From the IMG/VR virus record IMGVR_UViG_3300022166_000001: a stretch of DNA of 63,164 bases; one strand, written 5' to 3'. The position numbers and the translations under genes are program-made. This stretch comes from a virus. Below, piece after piece: positions 1 to 9,202 of the stretch. Each line of letters begins with the position of its first letter. Positions within the stretch are counted from its first letter, which is position 1. The notes under the pieces were generated by a model. The model saw only the letters and a program-made list of their open reading frames with translations. It ran no database searches and was not told where the DNA came from.

Positions 1-123
1 ACGACTGGATTCAAAACGCAGTACATGAACGCTGCCGAGTAGCTATCGATGAAATCGTTCAGATCACAGTAGCAAAATGCTTAGAGACTTCTACACAGAT
101 TCCAGGTTCAAAAGAGGAAATGG
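1..123. repeat. Terminal redundancy, copy 1 (identical to 63042-63164)
   Basis: Base-by-base identity of the first and last 123 nt. A CDS reads through the junction, so this looks like the overlap of a circularly closed contig. Confidence 0.95.
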
Positions 124-221
124 TAGAACTAGCCTTCACACAAGGTTGGGTTAAGACTGCTGCTCAACGCCAAGCTGAATTTGAGGCTCAGGCACAGGAG
201 CAAATGAATGGCCCTCAGTAA
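1..221 (+). CDS. 3' part of a wrap-around CDS that starts at 62972 (hypothetical, about 96 aa when joined)
   Basis: Frame open from the window start to TAA 219-221. It continues the ORF opened by ATG 62972 once the 123-nt overlap is collapsed. Confidence 0.6.
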   Translation, partial: DWIQNAVHERCRVAIDEIVQITVAKCLETSTQIPGSKEEMVELAFTQGWVKTAAQRQAEFEAQAQEQMNGPQ

Positions 222-756
222 GATTAACTCAGCGTCTATTTTAGATGCATCTGTTGCGGCAACTGATTTAGCTTCAGGTGCAGCTAGGGATAATTTTGGT
301 GCTAATGCTATTTTACAAATTCAAACAACGGTATTAAATGGTTTTATTAGTACTTCAGTTGGTGGATCCCCTGATGTAATAACAAACGGTGCTCAGGTGT
401 TTGGTATTAATTTTACGCCTGTTTCAGCTACCAGTAAAATTTTAGTTCAAACAAGCACTATTGCTGTTAGTGAGGAATCAAATGCAGGTGATATGTGTTG
501 GGTTGCCTTATGGAATGGTAGTTCTTTCATTGCAGCTAACTCTGGTACTTGGCTATATACCCATTTTGGCGGTAACCTTGCTGGTAATTATCACACAGTG
601 CATGAATTATTTAATTCTGGAAGCACAACAACAAGATTAATTCAAGTTCGTGCAGGTATGAACACAGGCACTGCTTATATTAATGGATCGTCTTTTTACA
701 ATTACAACAGTATTAATGCTCAAGTACGGATGACTATTATGGAGATCGCAGGATGA
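208..756 (+). CDS. Tail-fibre-module protein, paralog family A (1 of 3)
   Basis: AGGAG 7 nt before the ATG. Shares SATSKILV and the C-terminal TIMEIAG with 1200-1727 and 2023-2631. ATGA-coupled to the next gene. Confidence 0.6.
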   Translation: MALSKINSASILDASVAATDLASGAARDNFGANAILQIQTTVLNGFISTSVGGSPDVITNGAQVFGINFTPVSATSKILVQTSTIAVSEESNAGDMCWVALWNGSSFIAANSGTWLYTHFGGNLAGNYHTVHELFNSGSTTTRLIQVRAGMNTGTAYINGSSFYNYNSINAQVRMTIMEIAG

Positions 757-1190
757 GTTACATAGGCGTACCCCCATTCGGACAAACCGTCCGGACCATT
801 ACCGAGAAAATCGCATCAGCATCTCAAACAACATTCCAACCTTCAGGTGGTTATATTGTAGGTTATATTGATATTGTTATTAACGGTGTCAGACTACTCA
901 ACACAGACTTTACCGCATCAGACGGTATCAACGTAGTTCTCAACGTAGCATGTGCTGCTAACGATGAATTCCAGTCAACAGCATATTGGCCTGTTAACAT
1001 CATTGATACTATCAACTCAAGCGTAGCTCGTGGTGGTGGTAACGATAAGATCTTCTTTGAGAACGACCAAGTAGTAACCTCTAACTATACAATCACAGCT
1101 GGTAAGAACGCAATGTCTGCTGGTAATATTACAATCAATGATGGAGTCTTGGTGACAGCACCTACTGGCTCTATCTGGACTATCGTTTAA
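753..1190 (+). CDS. Fibre N-terminal anchor-like protein
   Basis: ATGA overlap with the upstream gene. The N-terminus MSYIGVPPF...TFQPSGGY...VINGV resembles the N-terminus of the 325-aa fibre at 61982 (MAYIGSAPT...SFTLNRAV...VVNNV). Confidence 0.5.
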   Translation: MSYIGVPPFGQTVRTITEKIASASQTTFQPSGGYIVGYIDIVINGVRLLNTDFTASDGINVVLNVACAANDEFQSTAYWPVNIIDTINSSVARGGGNDKIFFENDQVVTSNYTITAGKNAMSAGNITINDGVLVTAPTGSIWTIV

Positions 1191-1199
1191 GGAGAACAT

Positions 1200-1727
1200 A
1201 TGCCTCTTATTTTATCAGGCTCAGGTGGTCTCTCAGGAAACGTAGGAACTACTACTAAGGATATGCTTCCTGCAGGTAGTGTTTTGCAAGTTGTACAAGG
1301 TAGTGTAAATACCACTGTAACTAATAGTACGTCAACATATGCAGGAACAGGTTTGCAAGCTACGCTTACACCACTATCCGCTTCTAGTAAAATACTTGTT
1401 ATTATTTCAGGTGGTGGTGGCTACGCTAGTGTAACTAATAGTGGTGGTGACAATAAATTATACAGACAAATTGCTTCTGGTGGTTTTTCTGCGGTAACTG
1501 CACAAACAGCTGATTGGACAAGCCCTTATTCTTCGTCCGGTACTGCAGTTATAAACCATTCATTTACTTATTTAGATAGCCCTGCTACAACTTCACCTGT
1601 AACTTACCAGCCTTATTTTAGAGTTGCACCTAATGGTGCAGGTGGTGGTTCTTATTCGTTCAACGTCAATTATTTTGGTGCTTATAGCCCAATTGTTACT
1701 ATTACACTTATGGAGATCAAAGGATGA
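1200..1727 (+). CDS. Tail-fibre-module protein, paralog family A (2 of 3)
   Basis: AAGGAG RBS. Motifs VLQVVQG, SASSKILV, YLDSPATTSPVTY and C-terminal TITLMEIKG are shared with 2023-2631. Confidence 0.6.
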   Translation: MPLILSGSGGLSGNVGTTTKDMLPAGSVLQVVQGSVNTTVTNSTSTYAGTGLQATLTPLSASSKILVIISGGGGYASVTNSGGDNKLYRQIASGGFSAVTAQTADWTSPYSSSGTAVINHSFTYLDSPATTSPVTYQPYFRVAPNGAGGGSYSFNVNYFGAYSPIVTITLMEIKG

Positions 1728-2020
1728 TCGCAAAATCACTACAAACACTACGCCCGGGTGCTCAATGGGTACTCCGAGGTGACACTTATGAGGGTCTTGA
1801 ATGGCTCTCTACAGACGTTGCTAAGCCAACTCTCGAAGAAATTCAAGCTGAGTCAGCTCGTTTAGATGCTGAGTACTTAGCAACACAATACCAACGTGAC
1901 AGGGCCAAAGCATATCCTGCTATTGGTGATCAGCTAGACGCTCTTTGGAAGGGTGGAGATGCTGCAGCTGCAATGTTAGCTCAGGTACAAGCTGTTAAAG
2001 CTCAATTCCCGAAAGGTTAA
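1724..2020 (+). CDS. Small hypothetical protein in the fibre module (possible assembly/chaperone-type protein)
   Basis: ATGA overlap with the upstream gene. 98 aa, helical and charged, lying between fibre paralogs. Confidence 0.5.
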   Translation: MIAKSLQTLRPGAQWVLRGDTYEGLEWLSTDVAKPTLEEIQAESARLDAEYLATQYQRDRAKAYPAIGDQLDALWKGGDAAAAMLAQVQAVKAQFPKG

Positions 2021-2022
2021 TC

Positions 2023-2631
2023 ATGCCATTACGTCTACGTAGTGCTGGTGGTGGGTCAGTACAATTAAACCCACCTGTTGCTACATCTACGGATGTCGTG
2101 ATGGAAGTCCCTGCGTATGACGGGGCAAAGGTGTTGACTAATAAAACACCTGGATGCGTATTACAAGTTGTTCAGGTTGTTAAAACAGATACACAATACG
2201 GTACCTTTGGTGGCTTGTGGGCTGCAGTATCAGGATTGTCTGCATCTATTACCCCTACTTTAGCTACTAGTAAAATTTTAGTTATGATTGACTTAAAAGC
2301 AGCATCACCTTCTAACTCTATTTTTTCTACCCGGCTTTTAAGAAACGGTTCACCTATAAATATTGCGGATGCCGCTTCAAATAGAAGAAGAGCTTTTGCT
2401 CAGGTTTACAACGGTAGTGGTTCAAATATTGATCTTTATGGTATGCTACAAATTACATCTAATTACTTAGATTCACCTAGCTCAACATCAGCCCTTACTT
2501 ACAGTTTAGAGATTGGTGGTGACAGTAATGGTGTTGTTTATGCTATTAATAGAACTCATGCTGATAGGGACACATCTTACTATGATTCGAGAGCAACCTC
2601 TACTATTACACTTATGGAGATAGCAGCATGA
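2023..2631 (+). CDS. Tail-fibre-module protein, paralog family A (3 of 3)
   Basis: Motifs VLQVVQV, LATSKILV, YLDSPSSTSALTY and C-terminal TITLMEIAA. ATGA-coupled to the next gene. Confidence 0.6.
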   Translation: MPLRLRSAGGGSVQLNPPVATSTDVVMEVPAYDGAKVLTNKTPGCVLQVVQVVKTDTQYGTFGGLWAAVSGLSASITPTLATSKILVMIDLKAASPSNSIFSTRLLRNGSPINIADAASNRRRAFAQVYNGSGSNIDLYGMLQITSNYLDSPSSTSALTYSLEIGGDSNGVVYAINRTHADRDTSYYDSRATSTITLMEIAA

Positions 2632-3131
2632 GTAAACTTCAAACAAACGCTATTCGCCATTTGGGGAGTTCTGTTGATAATATTACGTTGGATAGTTCTG
2701 GTCGGGTACTATTACCTAACCAGCCGTCATTTGCTATGTATTTGAATTCAACTTCTTATACTACTAATCAAATTTTACCTTTTGGATCTAATCTCCATAA
2801 TATAGGTAACAATTATGATGTTTCTAATTATAAATTTACAGCACCTGTAGCTGGCACATATTTCTTTTATGGGCAAATTAGACAAGAAACTGGTGCTCCA
2901 AGCTTAAGTTGGCATCGCATAATTTTATATAAAAACGGCGCGACTTATGACCCATCTAGGGGTACAATTTATACTAGAACAACTGGTGTTTATTCAAGTG
3001 TAGCTATGACTATGGTAATTAAATTGGCGGCGGGTGATTACATTCAACCTTATGCTGAAGCATCTACTGGTAGTGTCTCTATGGCTACTACTCCTAGCGA
3101 AACTTTGTTTGCTGGTTATTTCATTGGATAA
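2628..3131 (+). CDS. C1q/TNF-like jelly-roll receptor-binding tip candidate (family B, 1 of 3)
   Basis: FTAPVAGTYFFYG motif, then LYKNG and AAGDYIQ, then a C-terminal FAGYFIG. This is the typical C1q globular-domain pattern. Confidence 0.55.
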   Translation: MSKLQTNAIRHLGSSVDNITLDSSGRVLLPNQPSFAMYLNSTSYTTNQILPFGSNLHNIGNNYDVSNYKFTAPVAGTYFFYGQIRQETGAPSLSWHRIILYKNGATYDPSRGTIYTRTTGVYSSVAMTMVIKLAAGDYIQPYAEASTGSVSMATTPSETLFAGYFIG

Positions 3132-3140
3132 GGAGCAGAT

Positions 3141-3674
3141 ATGATTGGAAGATATTTATCAAAATTAGGTGCTCTATTAAATTCTAATGGACAAGTGCAA
3201 ACAGCAGGTATTGCTGACGCAGGTATTACCCAAGCAAAACTTGCATCTAATATTGTTGGTAATGGCCCTGCGTTTAGCGCTTATGCTACGGCGGCTCAAA
3301 CTATTGGAGCAGGTGTACAAGCAAAAGTTGTTTTGAATGCAGAAGAATTTGATACTAATAATAATTTTGACAGCACAACTACCTACCGATTTACACCAAC
3401 TGTAGCAGGTTATTATATGTTTAACGGCGCGTTTTTTAGTAACTTAAGCGGCAGTCGTATAAATTTAACATTGTTTAAAAACAATAATGAATTTAAACGC
3501 CTTGTTGACAGTAACCTTGCAAGCTCAGTCTATCAAATGTCAGGTTCTGCAGTAATTTATTTAAACGGATCAACAGACTATGTTGAATTGTTTGTATACA
3601 CATCTACCGGTTTAACTTCTCTTGGAGGTGGTAGCCTCACATATCTTAACGGCGCACTTATAAGGGCAGCATAA
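3141..3674 (+). CDS. C1q/TNF-like receptor-binding tip candidate (family B, 2 of 3)
   Basis: AAGGAG RBS. FTPTVAGYYMFNG, LFKNNNEF and STDYVELFV motifs parallel 2628-3131. Confidence 0.55.
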   Translation: MIGRYLSKLGALLNSNGQVQTAGIADAGITQAKLASNIVGNGPAFSAYATAAQTIGAGVQAKVVLNAEEFDTNNNFDSTTTYRFTPTVAGYYMFNGAFFSNLSGSRINLTLFKNNNEFKRLVDSNLASSVYQMSGSAVIYLNGSTDYVELFVYTSTGLTSLGGGSLTYLNGALIRAA

Positions 3675-3898
3675 TGAGCGATCACACAACTATTACAACA
3701 GAAACAGGAGCAGCAATTATGACTAAAGCAGCGCCTCCTGTAACAATATCCTTAGCAACTGTAGCAGGGTACCAAGTCTCAGATCTAGTTCTGTGGGCTA
3801 CTCTCATCTATACAAGCCTTATGATCACCCATAAGATTTGGCAGATGTACAAGGACTTCATTAAACCCGTATGTCCAGTATCAACAGAACCCAACTAA
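3674..3898 (+). CDS. Holin candidate
   Basis: 74 aa with a hydrophobic segment (LVLWATLIYTSLMI). TAATG-coupled upstream and directly precedes the endolysin. Confidence 0.45.
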   Translation: MSDHTTITTETGAAIMTKAAPPVTISLATVAGYQVSDLVLWATLIYTSLMITHKIWQMYKDFIKPVCPVSTEPN

Positions 3899-4338
3899 GC
3901 GGGTTAGTACTTAGTGCTTCAGCCTTAGTTAGTATTGCTCTTCACGAAGGTTATAGGTCAGAAGCCTATACACCTGTGAAGGGTGATGTTGCCACCATAG
4001 GATTTGGTACAACAGAGAATGTTAAAGCAGGTGATACTATTACTGTAGAACGTGCTTTAGCAAAGCTTTTAAACGATACAAATAAATTTAGTGGAGCAGT
4101 CAAGCAGTGTGTAACAGTACCTTTAACTCAGTATGAATACGACTCTTATGTTTCTCTATCTTATAACATTGGCCCTAATAATTTCTGTAAATCAACTTTA
4201 GTTAAAAAGCTTGAAGCTTATGACTATGATGGTGCATGTAAAGAGATTTTAAAATGGGACAAGTTCAAAGGAAACCCACTACCCGGATTGACTAAGAGAC
4301 GTCAAGAGGAATATAAACTATGTACAAATACATTGTAG
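3871..4338 (+). CDS. Endolysin, GH24 T4/lambda-type lysozyme with an N-terminal signal-anchor-like segment
   Basis: LHEGYRSEAYTPVKGDVATIGFGTT matches the lysozyme EG..aY.d..G..TiGyG signature. N-terminal LSGLVLSASALVSIAL is hydrophobic. Confidence 0.8.
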   Translation: MSSINRTQLSGLVLSASALVSIALHEGYRSEAYTPVKGDVATIGFGTTENVKAGDTITVERALAKLLNDTNKFSGAVKQCVTVPLTQYEYDSYVSLSYNIGPNNFCKSTLVKKLEAYDYDGACKEILKWDKFKGNPLPGLTKRRQEEYKLCTNTL

Positions 4339-4709
4339 GATTAGTCGTTTGTATGCTGCTCTCATTTAACTATGGTGAGTTAAGAGTACAATCTAAGTTT
4401 GATTCTTATAAAAGAGAACAAGCAGAACTAAACCTAAAACAAAACAAAGAGCATGAAGCTCTTGTTATCAAAAACAAGCAGGAGAAAGAAGATGAGATTC
4501 GTAGTATTAATGCTCGTCATGCTTCTATCCTTAGTAGCTTGCAGCAGCGTCCCACAAGAGAACAAGCACAAACTCTACCCGTTGTCAGCTCAGGAGCAAG
4601 AAGCACTGGACAACAACTATTTAGAGAGGATGCAGAATTTCTTATCGGGGAAGCTACCCGAGCTGAAACCCTAAAACAATCCCTTATCGAGTGTCGTAAG
4701 ACCCCGTAA
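4320..4709 (+). CDS. i-spanin (Rz-like)
   Basis: N-terminal TM (IVGLVVCMLLSF) followed by a charged coiled-coil region. Directly follows the endolysin and contains an embedded +1 lipoprotein ORF. Confidence 0.6.
   Translation: MYKYIVGLVVCMLLSFNYGELRVQSKFDSYKREQAELNLKQNKEHEALVIKNKQEKEDEIRSINARHASILSSLQQRPTREQAQTLPVVSSGARSTGQQLFREDAEFLIGEATRAETLKQSLIECRKTP
4492..4674 (+). CDS. o-spanin (Rz1-like lipoprotein) embedded in the i-spanin gene
   Basis: GGAGAAAGAAG precedes the ATG. MRFVVLMLVMLLSLVAC carries a lipobox Cys. The ORF lies entirely inside 4320-4709 in another frame. Confidence 0.65.
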   Translation: MRFVVLMLVMLLSLVACSSVPQENKHKLYPLSAQEQEALDNNYLERMQNFLSGKLPELKP

Positions 4710-4726
4710 TCGGTACCTAATAGGAA
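4707..4726 (+). promoter_or_regulatory. Phage promoter-like motif P1 (TAATCGGTACCTAATAGGAA)
   Basis: 19/20 match to the 9-copy consensus. TAA is the spanin stop codon. GGAA lies 6 nt before the phoH TTG start. Confidence 0.6.
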
Positions 4727-4732
4727 ACAATC

Positions 4733-5416
4733 TTGAAAAGAAACCAACGTAACAAGGTAAAAGAACAACAGGCTCGTCCTCGTTCTTTCCACATCCAACC
4801 TAAAACTCACAACCAAGGATTATTGTTAGACGCTATCGAGTACTTCCCTATCACAGTCACTTTAGGTGCGGCTGGTGTAGGTAAGACTTTCTGTGCAGCC
4901 TCAAAAGTAGCACAACTATTTCAGTCGGGTACATATGACCACATTATTCTCACAAGAAGTAATGTCCCAACAGGACGGTCATTAGGTTTCTTTCCCGGCG
5001 ACATTAAAGAGAAGTTAGCTCCGTGGCTACTTCCAATGATTACTGTGTTACAGAAACAATTAACACAAACTAAGTACGAGTATTTACTTGCTAAAGATAC
5101 TATCCAGTACCAACCTATTGAAACTATCCGTGGACGTTCATTTGAGAACGCTCTTATTTTAGTTGATGAAGTACAAAATATTACCATTGAAGAATTAAAA
5201 GCTATTACTACTCGCTTAGGTGAGAATAGTAAAATGGTTCTTATGGGTGATGCTTCTCAATCTGATATTGATAGAGGAACTAATATCCTTAAGTTCTGTA
5301 AAATGTGTGAGAATAACGGTATTGAAATTCCTATTGTGAGGTTCACAGTAGACGATATTGTTAGATCAGATATCGTAGGTGATTTAGTAAGGATGTTTAT
5401 TAAAGAAAAGATTTAA
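4733..5416 (+). CDS. phoH: PhoH-like ATPase
   Basis: Walker A GAAGVGKT and Walker B LILVDEVQN. TTG start with AGGAA 7 nt upstream; there is no in-frame ATG before the Walker A motif. Confidence 0.85.
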   Translation: MKRNQRNKVKEQQARPRSFHIQPKTHNQGLLLDAIEYFPITVTLGAAGVGKTFCAASKVAQLFQSGTYDHIILTRSNVPTGRSLGFFPGDIKEKLAPWLLPMITVLQKQLTQTKYEYLLAKDTIQYQPIETIRGRSFENALILVDEVQNITIEELKAITTRLGENSKMVLMGDASQSDIDRGTNILKFCKMCENNGIEIPIVRFTVDDIVRSDIVGDLVRMFIKEKI

Positions 5417-5426
5417 AGGAATACAC

Positions 5427-6968
5427 ATGGCAGAACCAATTAGCGGCTTAGGAAAGGGTGGTCTTAATAAAGATTTACCCCCTATGCTTGTGCCTCCAAA
5501 TACTTTCACGGATGGATATAATATTCGTTTTGATGATGAGAGTGTACAAACAATTACAGGTGAGACTACCTATAAAACAGTCGCTATTGCTCCTGACTAC
5601 GGTGTTCATTGGGCAAGACCAGATCAAGGGTACAATATCTTCGCTAAAAACGGGGATATTGTACGTGTAGATGCTGCAGGTAATACCTCATCTATGTTTC
5701 ATAGTACTGGTACAGAATATAATAACAGTGACTGGCAAGGTACTTTATTTAATGGAGGCTATGCAATTGTCCTTAATAATGGTACTTCTACCCCTCTATA
5801 TTGTCTATATGGAAGCTCTACCGCTGGTAGTTCTTTCCAACCCTTACCTGGCTGGAACTATACTTCAGGACTTACCGTTACAGCAAAAGTAATTAGGTCA
5901 TTAAATTATTCTTTAGTTGCAGCTAACTTAACAGTTGTTTCTGGTGGTGTAACTACTTACGCACCCGGAACTATTAGAATCTCTGTGCAAGCCGCTACTG
6001 GTGCTATCCCTACTGTATGGCAACCCGGCTTAACTACTGACACAGCAGATGAATTTGAATTATCATCTACATCACCTGTACTTGATATGATGGAACTACG
6101 TGGTAATATGTTTGTATATTCCCAAGATAGTATTTCATTAATTTCTATTGGTGCAACTACTCGTGTATCTTCATATAGTAAATCATATGGTATTTTAAAT
6201 ACAGATTGTGTAGCTGAATTTGATGGTAATCATTTTGTAGTAGATCGTAATGATATTTATATTCATAACGGTTCAGGTCAAATTAAATCTATTGCTGATT
6301 GGCGTGTAAAGAAATATTTCTTTAATGAATTAAATAGAGCTGCTTTAAATAAAGTACATATTACTAAACACCCTTATTATAAAGAAATTTGGATTAATTT
6401 CCCTGAAGGTAATTCTGCTGTTTGTAATGAAGCTCTTATTTATAATTATAGAAATGATACATGGTCAAAGAGAGTATTACCTTCATTGACATATTCATTT
6501 ACTGGTCCACAGAATATTAATAATACTTTCCTATATTCAAAAGAAGTAGTATATATGTGTACTAATAGTACTCAAACATTAGTTACTGATGATGGATATT
6601 TAATGTGGAATGGCACTGCATTAACTTCTTTTACTTCTTATGTTGAAAAACTAAAGATGAATACAGGTGATATTACAGGTAGTTCTTTAATTAGTTCTAT
6701 TTACCCTGTGTTTGATAAGGTACCTAGTAACGCTACTATTACAGTTCGAATTAAAGGTCAAAATAATTATGTTGATTATGCTGACTTATCAACTGATGAT
6801 CCTAACTTAAAAGATACTTTTGTATTTCAACCTAATAATGAGAAGTCACAAGGTTATAAAGTTGACCCTCGTGTTAATGGTCGTGTATTAAATTACCGTA
6901 TTACTTCAGATGGTCCTTGGAGACTTGCTTTAATTGCTGTTGATGCTAAACAAGCAGATCGGAGATAA
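5427..6968 (+). CDS. Virion structural protein (tail/tubular candidate), 513 aa
   Basis: Long ORF in the late operon with an AAGGA RBS. I recognise no motif. Confidence 0.5.
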   Translation: MAEPISGLGKGGLNKDLPPMLVPPNTFTDGYNIRFDDESVQTITGETTYKTVAIAPDYGVHWARPDQGYNIFAKNGDIVRVDAAGNTSSMFHSTGTEYNNSDWQGTLFNGGYAIVLNNGTSTPLYCLYGSSTAGSSFQPLPGWNYTSGLTVTAKVIRSLNYSLVAANLTVVSGGVTTYAPGTIRISVQAATGAIPTVWQPGLTTDTADEFELSSTSPVLDMMELRGNMFVYSQDSISLISIGATTRVSSYSKSYGILNTDCVAEFDGNHFVVDRNDIYIHNGSGQIKSIADWRVKKYFFNELNRAALNKVHITKHPYYKEIWINFPEGNSAVCNEALIYNYRNDTWSKRVLPSLTYSFTGPQNINNTFLYSKEVVYMCTNSTQTLVTDDGYLMWNGTALTSFTSYVEKLKMNTGDITGSSLISSIYPVFDKVPSNATITVRIKGQNNYVDYADLSTDDPNLKDTFVFQPNNEKSQGYKVDPRVNGRVLNYRITSDGPWRLALIAVDAKQADRR

Positions 6969-6970
6969 TA

Positions 6971-7816
6971 ATGCTTAACCCACCTATTACTGGTAATGAT
7001 GAGCTAGACGCTTATCTATATCAGATTCAATTTTGGTCTGACCCTACTACACCAACTTCATATTCAGATATTAGCAATGGTGTTACAGGTAACGCTGCTG
7101 TGGGTTATACTCAACAATATCTTCATATTAAATATGCTGATGATGACGTAGGTACTGGATTAACTAATTCACCTACAAATAAAACCTATTTTGGTTTATA
7201 TAACTCAGCATCAAGTACTGAATCAACTAATGCTGCTGACTATACTTGGTTTAGAGTAGCTAACGGATTTGGTACTACAAAGAGTTTATGGTACGTAGTA
7301 CTAGGTGGACGTCTTATTCAGACATTCATTGGTACTACTGCACCTAACTTACTTTGGTCTGTTGACGCTGGTACAGCCGTTGATATGGATGTTATCTCTA
7401 CTGTTGGCGGTAAGATTGGTCGTGTAGGTTATGCAACAGCTACGGCATACACTATTGCATCTACACCTGCAACTGTAACTACTATTGGTAATCAATCGTA
7501 TCCAGTATACAACCAATGGGGTGCTGGAGAAACATGGCAAGGTACTCCACCTACATTAGGTGAGGGTGAAGGCTTATATATTATCTCTGGTGTATATGAT
7601 GCTGGTACAGGTTATACTACTTGGTCAGCTCCATATTTAGCTTCTATTAAGGTACTTGCTCTAAGCGCTATCAGTGCTAACTTAGGTACTATTAATGCTG
7701 GCACTATTGCTGCAGGTAACACTACTAATGGTGTCATTATTAGTGCTGACTTAAAGACAATCAAAGTATACAATGCAGGTGTTCTTCGAGTACACATTGG
7801 TAACCTAGCTGCTTAA
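6971..7816 (+). CDS. Virion structural protein (fibre/spike-like), 281 aa
   Basis: Tightly packed late ORF, Thr/Gly/Ala-rich. Confidence 0.5.
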   Translation: MLNPPITGNDELDAYLYQIQFWSDPTTPTSYSDISNGVTGNAAVGYTQQYLHIKYADDDVGTGLTNSPTNKTYFGLYNSASSTESTNAADYTWFRVANGFGTTKSLWYVVLGGRLIQTFIGTTAPNLLWSVDAGTAVDMDVISTVGGKIGRVGYATATAYTIASTPATVTTIGNQSYPVYNQWGAGETWQGTPPTLGEGEGLYIISGVYDAGTGYTTWSAPYLASIKVLALSAISANLGTINAGTIAAGNTTNGVIISADLKTIKVYNAGVLRVHIGNLAA

Positions 7817-7825
7817 GGAGAATCT

Positions 7826-8104
7826 ATGTACGGGATGAATATTAAAAAGAGTGATGGTTCTTTAGCTTACTCAACATCAGATGTTACTTGGAATCAAGTA
7901 GACTTCTTTATGATAGCCGGTGGAGGTTCTGCTAGCTACGATTATCCCGTTATCTCTGGTAAAGAGGTTCTTACAACTCAAGTTTTAGTTAACTCACCAC
8001 CTACAAATAGACGAGCTTATGCTCATACTATTACAGTGTCAGGTACAAATGTATCTGTGTCTGGTGGTTCTGAAGCTGCTTATATATTGGTGTTAATGAG
8101 ATGA
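7826..8104 (+). CDS. Hypothetical virion-module protein
   Basis: AAGGAG RBS and ATGA overlap with the next gene. Confidence 0.5.
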   Translation: MYGMNIKKSDGSLAYSTSDVTWNQVDFFMIAGGGSASYDYPVISGKEVLTTQVLVNSPPTNRRAYAHTITVSGTNVSVSGGSEAAYILVLMR

Positions 8105-9012
8105 CATATGGCTTTCTTGCGGTTAACGATAGTAACCAAGTACTTATTTCGAGTGATACTCGTAACCTTCACTTAGTACAAAAGATTGGTTCACCTACTT
8201 TTATTGACTATACAAATGGTGGTTATGGTGGTATGAATATCTTAAGGTATCGTACCACTTGTGCTGTTACTCCTGTACCTTTCTTTACTGCCCCCGGTGG
8301 TAACTATGTAGCGGTATCTCGGGTAACTGACATTGGTAGTGGTCAATGGGATATTGAGATTATTCAGTCAGGTTCTTCTGGTTTATACCCTGAAGTGTAT
8401 GTCTTTGCTGACCCTCGTGGTTCTACAGCAACAGATACTTATGGTATGATTGTGTATAGAGATGATGGTACAGCTGCTTTTGACAGTCGTAAGTTACCGT
8501 TAGCTATTACTGGTGGTCTTAATGTAACTCACCCAAGTAATCCCCGCCCAAGTTTTCCTTATAGCTTATCTGCAAGGTACTGTGGTTCTGACTCTAGTGG
8601 TTTCTTTCCACCTACTGAATACAATACTTACTCAACTTCATTACCAGCTAAGCCAATGTTCTTTTATCCTTCTCTTGCTCAAGCTGAAAGAGAAGCACAG
8701 TTCCATGATAGTGAAACTAACTGTTTAGGCTCAGACAAATTTGGTATCTGTATTACAAGAACAGTGTATGATTGGAACTCATGGTATTGGGCTTTCTATC
8801 GTGGTGGTATTGCTGCAGACAGTAACGAAGTAAGAGCTGGCTGGATTACAGTTGAATACGGTTGTCACTGGAACTATAACCAAGATGACTCGCTCATTGG
8901 TATTGGTACTGGTGGTGATTCAGGTGGTGGTGGTACATGGCCCTACTCAAATGAAACTCTTAACTTATCAGCTGCTGCTGTGATTATTGGAGATGCATCA
9001 CGTTATGATTAA
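8101..9012 (+). CDS. Hypothetical virion-module protein, 303 aa
   Basis: ATGA-coupled ORF in the late operon. Confidence 0.55.
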   Translation: MTYGFLAVNDSNQVLISSDTRNLHLVQKIGSPTFIDYTNGGYGGMNILRYRTTCAVTPVPFFTAPGGNYVAVSRVTDIGSGQWDIEIIQSGSSGLYPEVYVFADPRGSTATDTYGMIVYRDDGTAAFDSRKLPLAITGGLNVTHPSNPRPSFPYSLSARYCGSDSSGFFPPTEYNTYSTSLPAKPMFFYPSLAQAEREAQFHDSETNCLGSDKFGICITRTVYDWNSWYWAFYRGGIAADSNEVRAGWITVEYGCHWNYNQDDSLIGIGTGGDSGGGGTWPYSNETLNLSAAAVIIGDASRYD

Positions 9013-9202
9013 ACCGTTTAAGATACTGTCTACAAGAGACGAAGTAGATGGTACTACTGTTTTCTTTCGGGTCTCTCGTACAGAACAGATTGATGAGACT
9101 AAGAGCAAAACTAAAGTGATGGAAACAGCTGTACATGTAAATACAGGTGAAGATATTGATGAAGTTATTTTCAACAACCTTAAAGATACGGGGTGGATTT
9201 AA
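9005..9202 (+). CDS. Hypothetical protein (start uncertain; the longest ORF begins at 8987)
   Basis: ATG 9005 overlaps the upstream stop by 8 nt. Ends in a TAATG junction. Confidence 0.45.
   Translation: MIKPFKILSTRDEVDGTTVFFRVSRTEQIDETKSKTKVMETAVHVNTGEDIDEVIFNNLKDTGWI

Noticed and set aside
1017-1199. Short antisense or alternative-frame ORFs in the track, for example 1017-1199(-), 4517-4816(-), 5458-5892(+), 12272-12589(-), 19874-21176(-), 26958-27359, 29035-29786, 32617-33186 and 52655-52945(-)
   Set aside because: Each is nested inside a longer, motif-supported or operon-consistent gene on the other strand or frame, and lacks an RBS.
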